A stretch of 64,000 bases of DNA from Octopus vulgaris (Eukaryota): the NCBI GenBank assembly GCA_951406725.2, contig OX597816.1, positions 18,042,001 through 18,106,000 of the forward strand. Direction: 5' to 3'. Numbering within the stretch: the stretch's first letter is position 1; each line of letters opens with the position of its first letter. The notes beneath the pieces were generated by a model, which was not told the origin of the DNA, ran no database searches, and was given only the letters and a program-made list of their open reading frames with translations. A program made the translations under genes and the position numbers. This document shows positions 51,496 to 64,000 of the stretch, piece by piece.

Positions 51496-52639
51496 CATAT
51501 TATTATTATTATAAATGTAATTAAGACGGCGAGATGGCAGAATCGTGAGCACGCCGGGCAAAATGTATTAATTTGTTTCGTGGGTTGTATGAGTTTGATG
51601 GTCTTTTCTTGTATGTGTTAGGGTAGAGAGTACCTTAATGGCTTTGCACTATTCATTTGAAATTAATTTGCGCAGAATCTGCGCCGTGTCTAGCAACGCT
51701 ATGTCGGTGTACGGCTAATGTTGTGAGGCCTGCATATTTATATAAATAGCTTTAAGATACCTTACGCTCTGTTCAATGAAATTACTCGTTATATTTTGAT
51801 ACGCCATATTCCTTACTTCAATTTATAGTTTCCTTTACGTCGGGAATCTTTTCTAGGTTTGTTTTTCTAAGTCTCTCTACCTTCTTAGAAATATTTATGT
51901 TCTAAAGCATTAAAACATTCATCAAATTGCAGATGTGTTTATCGTCCTTGATAATTACAGACGGATGACTGCCTTGACGTTCTTCGCAGTTCTAGACAGA
52001 CGTTCTCAGATGATTACAAACGGTTGCTGTCAAATAAGGGACTTGTTACATTCTTATATCACTGTTTAACTGTTTTGACGTCGAAGAGTCGGTATATTTC
52101 CCGGCAGATATTGTTATTCACTCAATCGTGACTGGAAATATACTGGGATTTGACCAGGACTAGTGAGTCAGAAGTAATATCCTCACTTATCTCACTGTAC
52201 TGACAGCAAACACTGAAACTGATATCTACACATTTGTCTTTCTCGTTCTCTCCTTTTCTTTTCATTATTTGCGATGCGGTAGTATTTCTCTGCACCTATA
52301 GTCAGAACGTCTGTTTCTGATTTTAACACAGTTCTCTTACGCCATTTTTAGTTTTCCCAACCGTTTCTCCGTATCTTACTTGTCCTTCAAATAGTATGAT
52401 ATAGTATATATCCATAGTTATATGGACGCCCGTTTCCTTACGTGTGCAGTTTATGTACTCAGCCCTTATCAAATTTTGTGCTTTTGGTTTGGGAAATCTG
52501 GTAATAATTTACTGATATTCAAGTTTGGCTTCATTTTGGCTTAATGTCAAGTTTATTATACAAGAGTTGTACTTAACATGGTTAGATTATATATACCTAT
52601 TATTTCAGTATTGGGTTGAATTATTATTTTAATATTCGT

Positions 52640-53830
52640 TACAAATTTTGACACAAGGTGAGCAATAGGGGTAGGGTATAAGTCGATTACATCAACCCAA
52701 GTGCTCCACTGGTTCATGTCTTTATCAACACAGAAAGAATGAAAGGTAAAGGCGACCTCAAAGGTATAATTAATGTTTCAATATTAGCCTAGCTTAAGGT
52801 GGTAAGCTGGCAAAAAAACGTTAGCACACCAGGCAAAATGCTTAGCAGTATTTTGTCTGTTATTACTTTCTGAATTCAAATTCCGCCGAAGTCGACTTTG
52901 CCTTTCATCCTTTCGGAATCGATAAATTGAGTACCATTTGCATACTGGGGTCGATCTAATCGACTGGCCCCTTCCCCTCAAATTTCGGGCCTTGTGGCTT
53001 GAGTAAAAAAAGAATGTTTACATCCTATTTAAGGCGGCGAGCTGGCAGAAACTTTAGCACGCCGGGTGAAATACATAGCCGTATTTCGGCTGCCGTTACG
53101 TTCTGAGTTCAATTACCGCCGAGGTCGACTTTGCTATTCATCCTTTCGTGGTCGATATATTAATTACCAGTTACGCACTTAATTAATCGACTTAATCCGT
53201 TTGTCTGTCTTTGTCCTCTGTGTTTAGCCCTACGTGGGTAGTAAAGAAATTGGTATTTCGTCTGCCGCTTCGTTCTGAGTCCAAATTCCGACCAGGTCGA
53301 CTTTGCCGTTCGTCCTTTCAGGATCGATTAAATAAGTACCAGTTACGCACTGGGGTCGATATAATCGACTTAATCCCCCTGTCTGTCCTTGTCTGTCCTC
53401 TCCGTGTTTATCCCCTTGTGGGTAGTAAAGAAATAGAAATAGGTATTTCGTCTGTTTTTACGTTGCGAGTTAAAATTCCGCCGAGTTCGACTTTAGCTTT
53501 CATAATTTCGGGATCGATAAATTGAGTGCCAGTTGCATAGTGGGAGTCGATCCAATCGGCTGGCCCACTTTCACAAAATTTCGGGCCAAGAGTAGAAAAG
53601 AATATGATCCCAGCTTAAGGCAGCGAGCTGGCAGAATCTGTAACACACTGTGACAAATATTTTGTGTTGTTTTGTCCGTCTTTACGTTCTGAATTCATCT
53701 TCCGCTGAGGTAGAGTTTGTTTTTCAGACTTTCGGGATCGATAAGATAAGAACCAGTTGAATTTCAGAGTCGTCGTAATTGCCGTACCCCTTTCATCGAA
53801 AATACTGGCACTGGGTCAAAATTTTAAACC
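52640..53830. mobile_element. Cluster or tandem of SINE family A copies
   Basis: At least five cores, mostly on the plus strand. Confidence 0.85.
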
Positions 53831-54089
53831 AATTATTAGCTTAGCTCTTGTACTTTTTTCTAATTTCTTTGTAATTCTTCTGTGTTGCTTCTTATGCTTT
53901 TCAATTCTTTCTTTGCATTAGCAAACACGCGGACGCAGGCACGTACATACAACGGTCACATCTTTTGATATCAAACAAAAAATGTCTTAATAACCTAAAA
54001 TACACTTGGTTTTATCTTAAACCCTCCTTCTTTTAATCGCTAACTTTAATAATATGTGTTCAATGTTTGTCTTCATGTTTCTGTCATTT

Positions 54090-54335
54090 GATGGTGTCCA
54101 TGCTGGAACACTGCCCGCTTGAAAGGATTTTACTCTAAGAAATTGACCCCGAATCACTAGATTACAAGGACATAAACACACAAACAACGGGACCAGGTTA
54201 AACACAGACATAAAGGCACACACACACACATACACACACACACGCACACACACACAAAGACACACACATACGACGAGCTTCTTTCACAGTTTCAGTCTAC
54301 TAAATTCACTGACAAGGCTTTCGTCGTCCATCAGC
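54090..54335 (-). mobile_element. Diverged SINE family B
   Basis: acgacgagcttctttc..agtttc.gtctac..aaattcact.acaaggcttt motif. Confidence 0.65.
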
Positions 54336-54470
54336 TATGCTATGTGCGGGTATATATGCATATATATATATATATCTGTGTCAGTCCCTCTGCATCAATA
54401 CATATGCGTGTGACTGTGTATATGAATGTAAGTATATATATATATATATATATCTTTTGGTTTGTGTATC

Positions 54471-54566
<96 letters not shown>

Positions 54567-54922
54567 TGCGAGCGTGTGTGTTTGGTACAGATACGGAAAT
54601 GTACTTATTTTCCGGTGCGTCGGTGTCAATGTCTGCCAGCTGGGTTTTTGATCGGGCATGTCTTTCCGTGTACGTATATATATACATGTATGTAATCTAA
54701 TACGTCGAATTACACTTTGAACATAAACTTTTCTTACATGCATCTGTCCTGATTTTCTCATTGCTGATCTCATTCCATCTATAGGGAGAAACGTACTCCT
54801 TTCCGAAATAAATTGCACTTCATATTCGAGGTTCCGATGAAGCTATAAGTGCATCAGCAGAAACAGTTGTAAGCTAATCAAGTTCATAAGTTAATCACTC
54901 TTTCCTTTGTCATCTCTCTTTC

Positions 54923-54960
<38 letters not shown>

Positions 54961-55103
54961 CATACATACCACGCGTCAGTTGTGGAAGTGATAGCAGAGA
55001 AAGGTGAGATGATGCGTCTTGCTCAAGAACCACCCTGTCTGGGATCTGAAACCATGATCTTTTAATCTTAAGTGCAACACCCTAATCACTTAGCCACACG
55101 CCC

Positions 55104-55159
<56 letters not shown>

Positions 55160-55160
55160 A

Positions 55161-55198
55161 CTGTCCGATGAACGGCAACGGGAAACTCAGAGTAACAG
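55161..55198 (+). ncRNA. Degenerate minimal hammerhead-like motif in a TA-flanked PLE-like fragment (about 55160-55305)
   Basis: CTGT-CCGATGA-acggcaacgg-GAAA-CTC a GAG-TA-ACAG. Stems I and III are intact. Stem II and U4 are altered. Confidence 0.45.
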
Positions 55199-55304
55199 GT
55201 TTTGTTGAATTTTCTGCTGCTCTAAATAAAGCATATTACTCTACCACTGGTATTTGAGTACTCTTTTTTTTCACCTTGTTTCACATTTATGTGTTTACTC
55301 CGGG

Positions 55305-55368
<64 letters not shown>

Positions 55369-55628
55369 TTGTCTGTCCTTGTTTGTCCCCTTTATGTTCA
55401 GCCCCTTGTGGGCAATAAAAAAAATATATAAATATATATATATAATGGAAATATAGCATCATAGCGTCATAATTTTCAAATATCTGTGTAAAACTGTCAA
55501 TAGATTGTTAATTTTTATTTTTATGTTTTTTTTAAAAAATATTTATTATTACTGTGGCTTAAAATGTTTTGCTAAAATTGCTCTTTCGTTTCAGATATCA
55601 TTAGAAAAGGTAATTAAAATTCATTAAA

Positions 55629-56360
55629 ATGACAGATCTATCGGACTTTCAAAGAGGTCAAATTGGTGGTGCTCGTATGGCAGGCGCTAGCGTAACGAAA
55701 ACAGCCGAAATCTTTGGTGTATCAAGAAGTACTGTCTCGAAAGTAATGACAGCCTTTGAGAAAGAGGGAAAAACCTCTTTGTCGAAACAACTCCGGAAAA
55801 AAACGAAAACTTTCAGATAGGGACCGTCGGATTCTTAAGCAAATTGTTAGAAAGGTTCATAAAAGTATAACTCTAAAAATTACTGCAGATCTTAATAATA
55901 ACTTCGAGAAACCAGTTTCTTCAAAAAAATTTCGCCCGGAACTACACAAAGCCGCATTTCACGGGAGGATTGTAATCAGAAAACCACTACTTTCAAAATC
56001 AAACGTTGCAAAGCGATTAGAGTGGAGTAAAAAGCTACATAATTGGTCCCTAGAGCAGTGGAAGATTGTTATTTTCTTGGACGAGTCATCCTTCACCTTA
56101 TTTCCGACCACCAGCCGAGTATACGTGTAGAAACGGCCAAAAGAAGCATTTGACCTAGACTGCCTTCTTCCAGCTGTTAAACAAGAGGAACTGTGATGAT
56201 CTGGTAGCGGGGTGGGGGCGATATCTTGGAAATCCGTCAGCCCAATGGTTTGTCTTTATGGCAGAATTAACAGTGAAGACTATTTAAGCATTTTATCTGA
56301 TCAAATTCATCCTGCGTTTGCGGATCCGGAGGAAAACGCTATCTTTCAAGATGATAATGT
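55629..56360 (+). pseudogene. Frameshifted, 3'-truncated Tc1-like transposase
   Basis: HTH region DLSDFQRGQI..A..FGVSRSTVSKV, then RKPLLS...KRLEW, WKIVIFLDESSF, GAISW and IFQDDN across three frames, with stop codons. Confidence 0.9.
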
Positions 56361-57639
56361 ACAAATTCACGGCGATCTTTCGTTACTAGAACACACGACT
56401 GCTAGTTACAAACCACGTGTGTTTATTTACATTTGTGAAGATGATCGTCGATTTCCGTAAAAATTTGTTATTTTCTTACATATGGGGTTGGGGGGAAATG
56501 GGATCTTTTGAAGTTGGCGTGAATCGGAAGATTTGATATATGTGTGTGCGTGCGTGTGTATGTGTGATTGTGAGAGTGTGTGTGTGTCTGATTGGGTGTG
56601 CGAGTCAGAAAGTGTGGTGTCTAAGTGAAGTACTTTTGTTAGTGTGTGTGAAGAGACAGAGAGAGAGTAATGTTGCTGCTGTGTGTGTATGTGTGTGTGT
56701 GTGCGAGAGAGAGAGAGAAAGAGAGAGATAACTGAATTTTTTTATTTCTCTTTTTGTAGTGAGTGAATGTGTGAGTGACTGGCAGAGAAGATGAGAGAGA
56801 AAGGTTATGTATGTATGCATGGCTTCAGTGACACATGCACGCTGGTTGTTATGTATGTGTGTGTGTGTATGAATGGCTTCAGTGACACACACACACACAC
56901 ACAAACACATACCTACCTATTGCATGCCTTTTTCTGTACGTATGCATGTGCGTGTAAGGGAGGGAGACGGAAAGAGACAAAGACAAAGAAAGAAGGTATG
57001 TTTTTTTTTGCTTTTGTTTGTTGTTTCCATGTATGTTTAAATTTAGCAGCAGGAACAAAACTGTAGCACTCCACACATACACACTAACACACACAGAGAC
57101 GGAAAGCCAACTTCAAAAGAATTTCCCGATTCAATCGCGCTCTCTCTGTCTCGCTTTTACGCCGACTTGAAAAGATACCCTTCCCTGTTACGTAGCGCTG
57201 TATAAATAAATCAAAGGTAACAAACAACAAACGGAAATCGTCAAAATGTAAAAAGCAGGAAAAGGACGATAGCACAAAAAACAGGACAAAGTAAGATACG
57301 CGGATCATTCGCAGCGAATTGCTTCTTCAGTCGGAGTCCGGAATGTCCACGTAGTTTCGCCTAAACCTTTCCGATACTACACGAAACCAGTTGGGCCAAG
57401 GGCTTAAGCTGAAGGCATTAAGCCCTTGACCAAGGGAAACTAATGTACATATACAAACAGCAGTAAATAAGAAACAGGGAGGGTCTTTCGACTATCAGAC
57501 AGTGTAGCAAGCTAGCGCAAGGAAAAGGGAAATGGAAAAAATCTTAAGTGATCGGATAAGACAGAACAGAACAGATGCGACTGACTTCAAAGGCAGTCAG
57601 CCGAAAAAGAACGACAATGTATAAGTCGGACAGCGATCA

Positions 57640-58040
57640 CGTAGTAGAAGAGGGGAGGAATTGGAGAAGGCAGAGAGACTAAGGAATAGGAGAGAGGGGA
57701 AAGAAATCAGAGGGACCGAATAATGAGAGGGAGGGATCACACGATGTGAGGGAGGGAGAGAAAGAAACATGGTACAAAGGAGTTGAGGAAGGAAAGCAAA
57801 AGAAAAGTAAGAGGGGGAAGGGATTAAGGAATACGATAGAGGGAAAATGAAATCAAAGGAGCAGAGTAATGATAGGGAGAGAGAGAGAGAAAGAGAGAAA
57901 ATAAAAGATAGTGCAGGAAGGACTAAGGGAGAAGGCGAGAACGAGTAGGTTAGAGAGACAGAGAGGGAAAGGAAGAAAATGAGAGACAGAGAGGGAACGA
58001 GGATGAAGAAAAAGAGGTTAAAAAGAGGACAAAAATAGGA
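57640..58040. repeat. Purine-rich (GA-rich) low-complexity tract
   Basis: Direct reading. Confidence 0.8.
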
Positions 58041-58239
58041 AAAGTGGGTAAGAGTCATAATAATATTCAAGGGGTATCTTTTTTTGCAGAGCAAACACCA
58101 AATTGTACGTAGCGCTGCATATATAAAGATTGTTTGTTGTTGAGAAATTAGAGGTCTGTAGTGGTTGCAGTTGCTCTAGTTCAGTGCTATCACAGTGGAA
58201 TCACCTCATGGACTTGGTATAAATACCTGTACTCCTTAT

Positions 58240-58478
58240 AAGGCGGCGAGCCATCAGGAACGTTAGCAGGCCGGGAGAAATGCTTAGCAGCAATTCGTCT
58301 GCCACTACGTTCTGAGTTCAAATTCCGCAGGGGTCGACTTTGCCTTTCATCCTTTCGGGGTCGATTAGATAAGTACCAGTTACGCCCTGGGGTCGATGTA
58401 ATCGACTTAATCCGTTTATCTGTCCTTGTTTGTCCCCTCTCTGTGTTTAGCCCCTTGTGGGTAGAAAAGAAATAGGTA
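58240..58478 (+). mobile_element. SINE family A monomer
   Basis: TSD-like TACCTGTACTCC on both sides. Confidence 0.88.
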
Positions 58479-58989
58479 TAATTACCTGTACTCCCTATGC
58501 CATCTTTTCTTTTTTGTTTGCCAAACTATTTATATTATTTAATCCCGCATTCCCAACCAAAGTACGCTAAGTAAAGGCATTTCTTTCAGTTGGTAGTCAA
58601 ATTACATGCCTGCCGTTTACGGAGTCTGTTTTCTTTTTGGAGACTTGAAGTTATGTTCCCCTCTAGCTTTTGTTCACATGTTGAATCTGGTCTACTTAAC
58701 ACTTCAGTAAATGCTGGAAACTGTGTTAATATTGGCGGCGGGTAGGGGCCCTGCAATTGCTTTCTGTTCTTAATTATTTCGTGTGTACTTAGTTATTGCT
58801 AGCCACAGTTCACTTGCTAATGCATTTTTCTCTTCCCTTCAAAGCATTTTATATTGAACTATTTTATTCCCCATATTGTTTTCCTTCAATATTCCCCTTT
58901 CAGCATATTTGAGTTCTCTTTGAAAACGGCGTATCCTTTAGCGTTATGGTTTGACGTCGTTAACGTCCATCTAAACTCTTTCTGTTTTA

Positions 58990-59360
58990 ATTCAAATCCT
59001 TTGTTCCCACATTTTCAGAGGTGTTGCACAACAAAGCTTTTAGTAATTCCATTTTCTCAAGCTCTTTCTTTTCTTCAAGCTTGTTTACTTTATTTATTGA
59101 TGTTATATATTTCATCATTCGCAGTGATCCAATTATTATTGACACTATTTTCACTTTGATGATCCATATTCTTCTTATTCCAATTTCAATACCGTCATCC
59201 TTTTGCAATTTCTTCACACTCTCCAGGCAATTATACCATAAAAAGGGATGACAATATCTTTCAGATGTTGGCATTGTATCCCCAGACCTTTATAATTATA
59301 ACTAGGCGATTTGCTTTGCACATCATTTTATTACACGGTCTTGTATTTCAAATAGGAAAA
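58990..59360 (-). pseudogene. Decayed R4/Dong endonuclease (C-terminal) fragment
   Basis: FEIQ..ANRL.IIIK and IEIGIRRIWIIKVKIVSIIIGSL parallel FTIQ..ANRPDIILK and LEIEISKMWKLKTKTIPVVIGAL. Confidence 0.55.
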
Positions 59361-59384
59361 ATTTATTACTATCATTATTGTTTC

Positions 59385-60560
59385 AAATTTCTTCCACAAG
59401 GGTAATAATTTGGGGGGGAGAGAGACTAGTCGATTATATCGACCCAAGTGTTTCACTGGTACTTATTTTATCGACCCCAAAACAATGAAAGCAAAGTTGA
59501 CCTCGGCGGCATTTGAAGGTTCTGAATTCAAATTCCGCCAAGATCGACTTTGCCTTTCATCCTTTCGGGATCGATTAAGTACCAGTGAAACACTGGGGTC
59601 GAGTCGATGTAATCGACTAATTCTCTCTCCCAAAATTTCAGGACTTGTACATATAGTACAAGGATTAACAATAATAATAAAAAAATAATCCTTTCCACTA
59701 TAGGCACAAGGCCTGAAATTTGGGGGAGGAGGCTAGTCGATCACATCAACCCCAGTGTTTCACTGGTACTTAATTTATCGACACCGAAAGGAGGAAATGC
59801 AAAGTCGACCTCAGCGGAATATGAATTCAGAACGTGAAGACGGACGAAACAACGCTAAGTTTTTCATCCGACGTGATAACGGTTCTGCTATCTCACCGCC
59901 TTAATATTACTGTTGTAAGGCGATGGGCTGGCAGAATCGTTAGCTCATTGTGCAAAATGCTTTTGCTTTCTGCGTTCAAATTCTGCCGAGGTCGACTTTG
60001 CCTTTCATCCTTTCGAAGTCGAGAAATTAAATACCAGTGAAAAAATTATCGTCTAGTTCCCTCCCCACAAATTTGAGGCCCTTTTACTCTAGTATTAAAG
60101 GATCATTATTATCATTATTATTAAGAGGAGCAGGCTGCATCGTGTGCGCGTCTTATATAATGTCTAAATTCAGATAAAATTCAAGCTTTACGTGTTCCAA
60201 GGTCAGATTCCACCGAGGTCGACTTTTCCTTTCATCCTTTCTGAGTCGATAAATTAAGTACCATTCGAACACTGGAATCGATGTAATCGACTAGTTCTCT
60301 CCCCACAAATTTGAGGCCCTCTGCCTCCAGTAGTAGAGAATCATTATTATAATTATTATTAAGAGTTGTTGGCTGAATCGTGATCGCGTCTTATACAATG
60401 CCTAAAGTCAGATAAAATTCAAGCGTTACGTGTTCCGAATTCAAAGTCCACCGACGTCGACTCTGCCTTTGGTACATTCGACGTCGATAAAATAATTACC
60501 AGTACGGCACTGGAGTCGATGTAATCTACTTACACTTCCTATCAAAATTGATGACATTGT
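59385..60560. mobile_element. Cluster of SINE family A copies, including a tandem duplication of about 238 bp (60053-60530)
   Basis: Multiple cores in both orientations. ctagttcyctccccacaaatttgaggccc repeats at 60053 and 60291. Confidence 0.8.
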
Positions 60561-61297
60561 GTCAGAAATTATGAATAGCGGAGGTTTGTCAATTGCTTCT
60601 GCTATAAACCGAGTTCTGATTGCCGTGCAGTGAAAAAACGAAAGCGTGTGTTTCCTATTGTATTCAAAATACTGTACATAAAAAAAGACTAATATCTACA
60701 TTTTCTGTGGATATGCAAATGTATAGCATTTGGTTATTTATATGCCAGGTGTCTTTATAGCTATTTAGTTCGGTTATTAAATATTTCTTTACAATATTTT
60801 GCCTGTAAATATGCTTGTTAGTCATTACAAATTAAAGTTAGTGTTTTGTTCTTTATTCATCTTATCTCTGTCACTTTTTTTGTTGGCTTTCGTTTATAGC
60901 ACCTGTGCTCCGTTTTAAGTTGATTTTTTTTTTCCAATATTAAACGATATCGTCTTTGATGGTACTCATGCTGTCGCAAACATTATTGTTCTTCTGAGAA
61001 TAATTCTACTTTTCTTGACGTTGAAGTGGTTTTTATTCTTTTTCCCCTGGTAATGTTTGCTTTTTAGGATTGACGTCGTTTGTTTGTTTTATTCAAATGG
61101 TTGTCAACTCTGTTAATGGCGGAGCCTTTATAAGTTACAGCAGCTGTATTGTTTCCGATGTTCTCTGAGAGAAGACACTTCTATTGTGTTATCTTCTAAA
61201 TGTCTAGTATTTTTCTTTTTTTTCCTATATTTGTGTCTTTCCTTTAGTCATTTAACCGATGGGGAAGATTGTATCCGTTATCACATCTTATTTTCAG

Positions 61298-61925
61298 ATG
61301 TTTCTTTACTACCCACAAGGGGCTAAACATAGAGGGCATAAACAAGTACAGACAAACGGATTAAGTCGATTACATCGACACCAGTGCAAGATCTTTTCAG
61401 TTTGAACGGCAGTTTTTTAAAATAATTTCCACGTAACTAAACACTTTTAAACTTCCTATACTGGTAGAATGTGTTTATAAAACATCTTTTTCTCTTGGCT
61501 TTATTGAGAAAATGCTATTGTTTGTAAGATATTTGTTGTTTTTTTCTTCAATTTTTGCAATTTCAACCAATCACTGACGTCTATTGAGGTAAAAAACATT
61601 CTGTACCGTATGAATATGTCCCTCGTTTAAGAAATAGATTGGGTTTATTTACATTTGTGAAGAAAAAAAAGATACCGTTCCCCCACCTCTAACCCTAAAA
61701 CAGATTGAAATGCAATAGATCGATACTAGGGTCATAATTAAGGGTAACAATTTCATGACACCGCTAGAAAAACTGCCGTTCAAACCGAAAAGACCCCCAG
61801 TGCGTAACTGGTACTTAATTTATCGACCCCGAAAGGATGAAAGGCAAAGTCGATCTCGGCGGAATTTGAATTCAGAACGTAACGGCAGACGAAATACGGC
61901 TACGCATTTCTGCCAGCTCGCCGCA
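61298..61925 (-). mobile_element. SINE family A interrupted by a MITE
   Basis: SINE halves at 61298-61387 and 61794-61925. Confidence 0.85.
61390..61793 (+). mobile_element. MITE (same family as 49385)
   Basis: TIRs GATCTTTTCAGTTTGAACGGCAG and CTGCCGTTCAAACCGAAAAGA. CCAGTGC is duplicated at 61381-61387 and 61797-61803. Confidence 0.88.
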
Positions 61926-62252
61926 TTATCACGTCTTATTTTTATATTCCATTATATGCATGCATTCCAAGTACTTTGGGATTTCATAACCCGACATAAA
62001 TTAACCTGCTAAAGAACCTACTTTCCTTTGTAATCTTTTTGGCGACTGCAATTATTCCGTTTATTCTGGAACTATTCATTCTTGTACCCAGCTCTATTAA
62101 CTCTACGATGACCAGATTTTGGTTTTCATATCATTATTATTTTATCGTTAAGTTACATTGCTGTTGGAAGTCTTCGTCGGTTCAGAGAAAATCTATCGCA
62201 TTTCGTTCTAAAAGAGTTTCACCCCAAGATATCTTATTCTTCAATCTTGTTG

Positions 62253-62490
62253 AAGGCGGCGAGCTGGCAGAAACGTTAGCACGCCGGGCGAAATTCGTAG
62301 CCGTATTTCGTCTGCCGCTACGTTCTGAGTTCAAATTCCGCATAGGTCGACTTTGCCTTTCATCCTTTCGGGGTCGATAAATTAAATACCAGTTGCGCAC
62401 TGATATCGATATAATCGACTTAATCCGTTTGTCTGTCCTTGTTTGTCTTGTCTGTGTTTAGCCCCTTGTGGGTAGTAAAGAAATAGGTAT
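62253..62490 (+). mobile_element. SINE family A monomer
   Basis: TSD TTATTCTTCAATCTTGTT on both sides. Confidence 0.9.
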
Positions 62491-63740
62491 TTTATTCTTC
62501 AATCTTGTTTTAGTATCTTTTAATATTTTTACTTTGTGGTATAAGTTATAGTTCTTACAGTTTATTTTGTTATCTACTTTGCGTTACGCATTTCACACGT
62601 ATCTTCGCGGTTTACGTGCTCAATCTTTTTGTTCTTGTATTTCAATGTTTACAAGGTTTTGTAATTTAGAAGTTGGTTTTACGAATTCGTGATTTCGGGT
62701 TCAGTTCCACCGTGCGCGCACATTGGGCGAACGTCTTCCAATATTTCCATTGGCCAACCAATGGCTTGTGATTGAATTTGGTAGACGGAAATTATATGGA
62801 AGCCGTCTCATATGTTTCTATGGGTGTTAGCCTCCAGGCCACCGCCCGATGTTTGTTTGGCAAAGAAAGCAATAAAATGAGTACCACCCCTAAAAAAAGT
62901 CGATTTGTTCACCTGAACCCACTTGACCGAGGTCCAATGAATAAATGAAGAAAAAATAAAAAAAGATAAAGAAAAAAAATTCTTGTATTTTCAACATGTG
63001 TTCTTTTGATCGTTCTAGTTTTATATTTGTTATATATTTTTTAGGTTTTCTAAACCTGAGTCTGTGAGGATCTAATATTACCTTTAAACCGTACATATTT
63101 TCCATCTAACCTTTTAACAAAATTATTATTCATTGTCGGAGAGAATAAGCATATTCTGCTAATTTCCCCTTCTACAATTTTCATTTGAGTGACTTGAGCA
63201 GAAGACTGTCAGAGCTTATTTGGGTTTTTCATAATTTTTGTTGTGTAGACGATTGTCTTTGTTTGATGATGTACATATTTTTTCATGTAAATGTAGTTGT
63301 ACAATAGGGTTTTCATTGGGGTTGCTAGATACTCTTCTATGCTTTGTGCTGAATCTATTTGGTAGCGATTTCAATTTTATTCCGACTGTATGTTTTACAT
63401 ATGGAGCTTAAAAGCCAATCAGCTTAAGCATTTGTGATTCATTACTTTAAATAAAAGCAAGCAGCGAGATGGCAGAGTAGTTAATTCGCTGAACCTAATA
63501 ACAGTTCTTCCGGCTTTACGTCTTGAGTTCAAATTTAGTCGAGATCGACTTTGTTCTTTTTTTTTATCCTTCAATAAAATAGATGCAACTATAGCACCGG
63601 GTTCGATGTTATCGACTAGTGATGTCCCACCAAAATTTCAAACATTTTACCTGTACTTGAAAGAAATATTTTAAGTGAAAGAATAGAGTAATATCCAGTG
63701 GTTAACCTAATGTATTATCTTCACAGCTAACTTTTACTTT

Positions 63741-64000
63741 GGATCTTTTCGGTTTGAACGGCAGTTTTTTTATCTAGCGGTGTCATATGAAATTGTCACC
63801 CATAATTATGACCCTAGTATTGATCTATTGCATTTCAATCTGTTTTAGGGTTAGTTAGGGTTAGGGGTGGTTACGGGTGGGGGGAAGGGTATCTTTTTTT
63901 CTTCACAAATGTAAATAAACCCAATCTGTTTCTTAAACGTGGGACATATTCATATGGCACAGAATGTTTTTTTTACTTCAATGGACGTCAGTGATTGGTT
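63741..64000 (-). mobile_element. MITE (same family as 49385), opposite orientation, cut by the window end
   Basis: GGATCTTTTCGGTTTGAACGGCAG followed by the reverse complement of the 49385 3' half, including TTAGGG repeats. Confidence 0.85.

Noticed and set aside
51560-52600. Decayed LINE RT on the minus strand
   Set aside because: The composition is suggestive, but I found no motif I can support.
57305-57362. Hammerhead on the minus strand (GAAAC...CTGAAGA)
   Set aside because: Stems I and III cannot be formed convincingly, and there is no GAAA after stem II.
60700-63400. Continuation of a decayed Dong element on the minus strand
   Set aside because: Only faint peptide resemblance by eye. 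It needs a profile search.

Overview
AT-rich, repeat-dense eukaryotic DNA with no clearly supported host gene. The SINE families resemble those I recall from octopus (cephalopod) genomes, but that assignment is an inference. The standout is 247-4960: about 9.6 near-identical copies of a 492-494 bp unit, arranged as two opposed arms inside a (TA)n microsatellite. Each full unit carries a complete type I hammerhead ribozyme (HHR) and several hairpins whose G-U pairs all fall on the ribozyme strand, so it looks like a retrozyme-like self-cleaving, possibly circular, RNA. Its breakpoints match twin-primed retrotransposition. Further hammerhead-bearing Penelope-like (PLE) fragments occur elsewhere, including a well-formed one at 47759-47849. 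The window also holds an intact R4/Dong-type non-LTR retrotransposon (40716-44402) in a (TAA)n tract and decayed R4, HERO, RTE, PLE, Tc1 and hAT relics. MITEs, several foldback hairpins, many tRNA-derived SINEs and long microsatellites make up much of the rest. Most short ORFs in the track are microsatellite or repeat artefacts.
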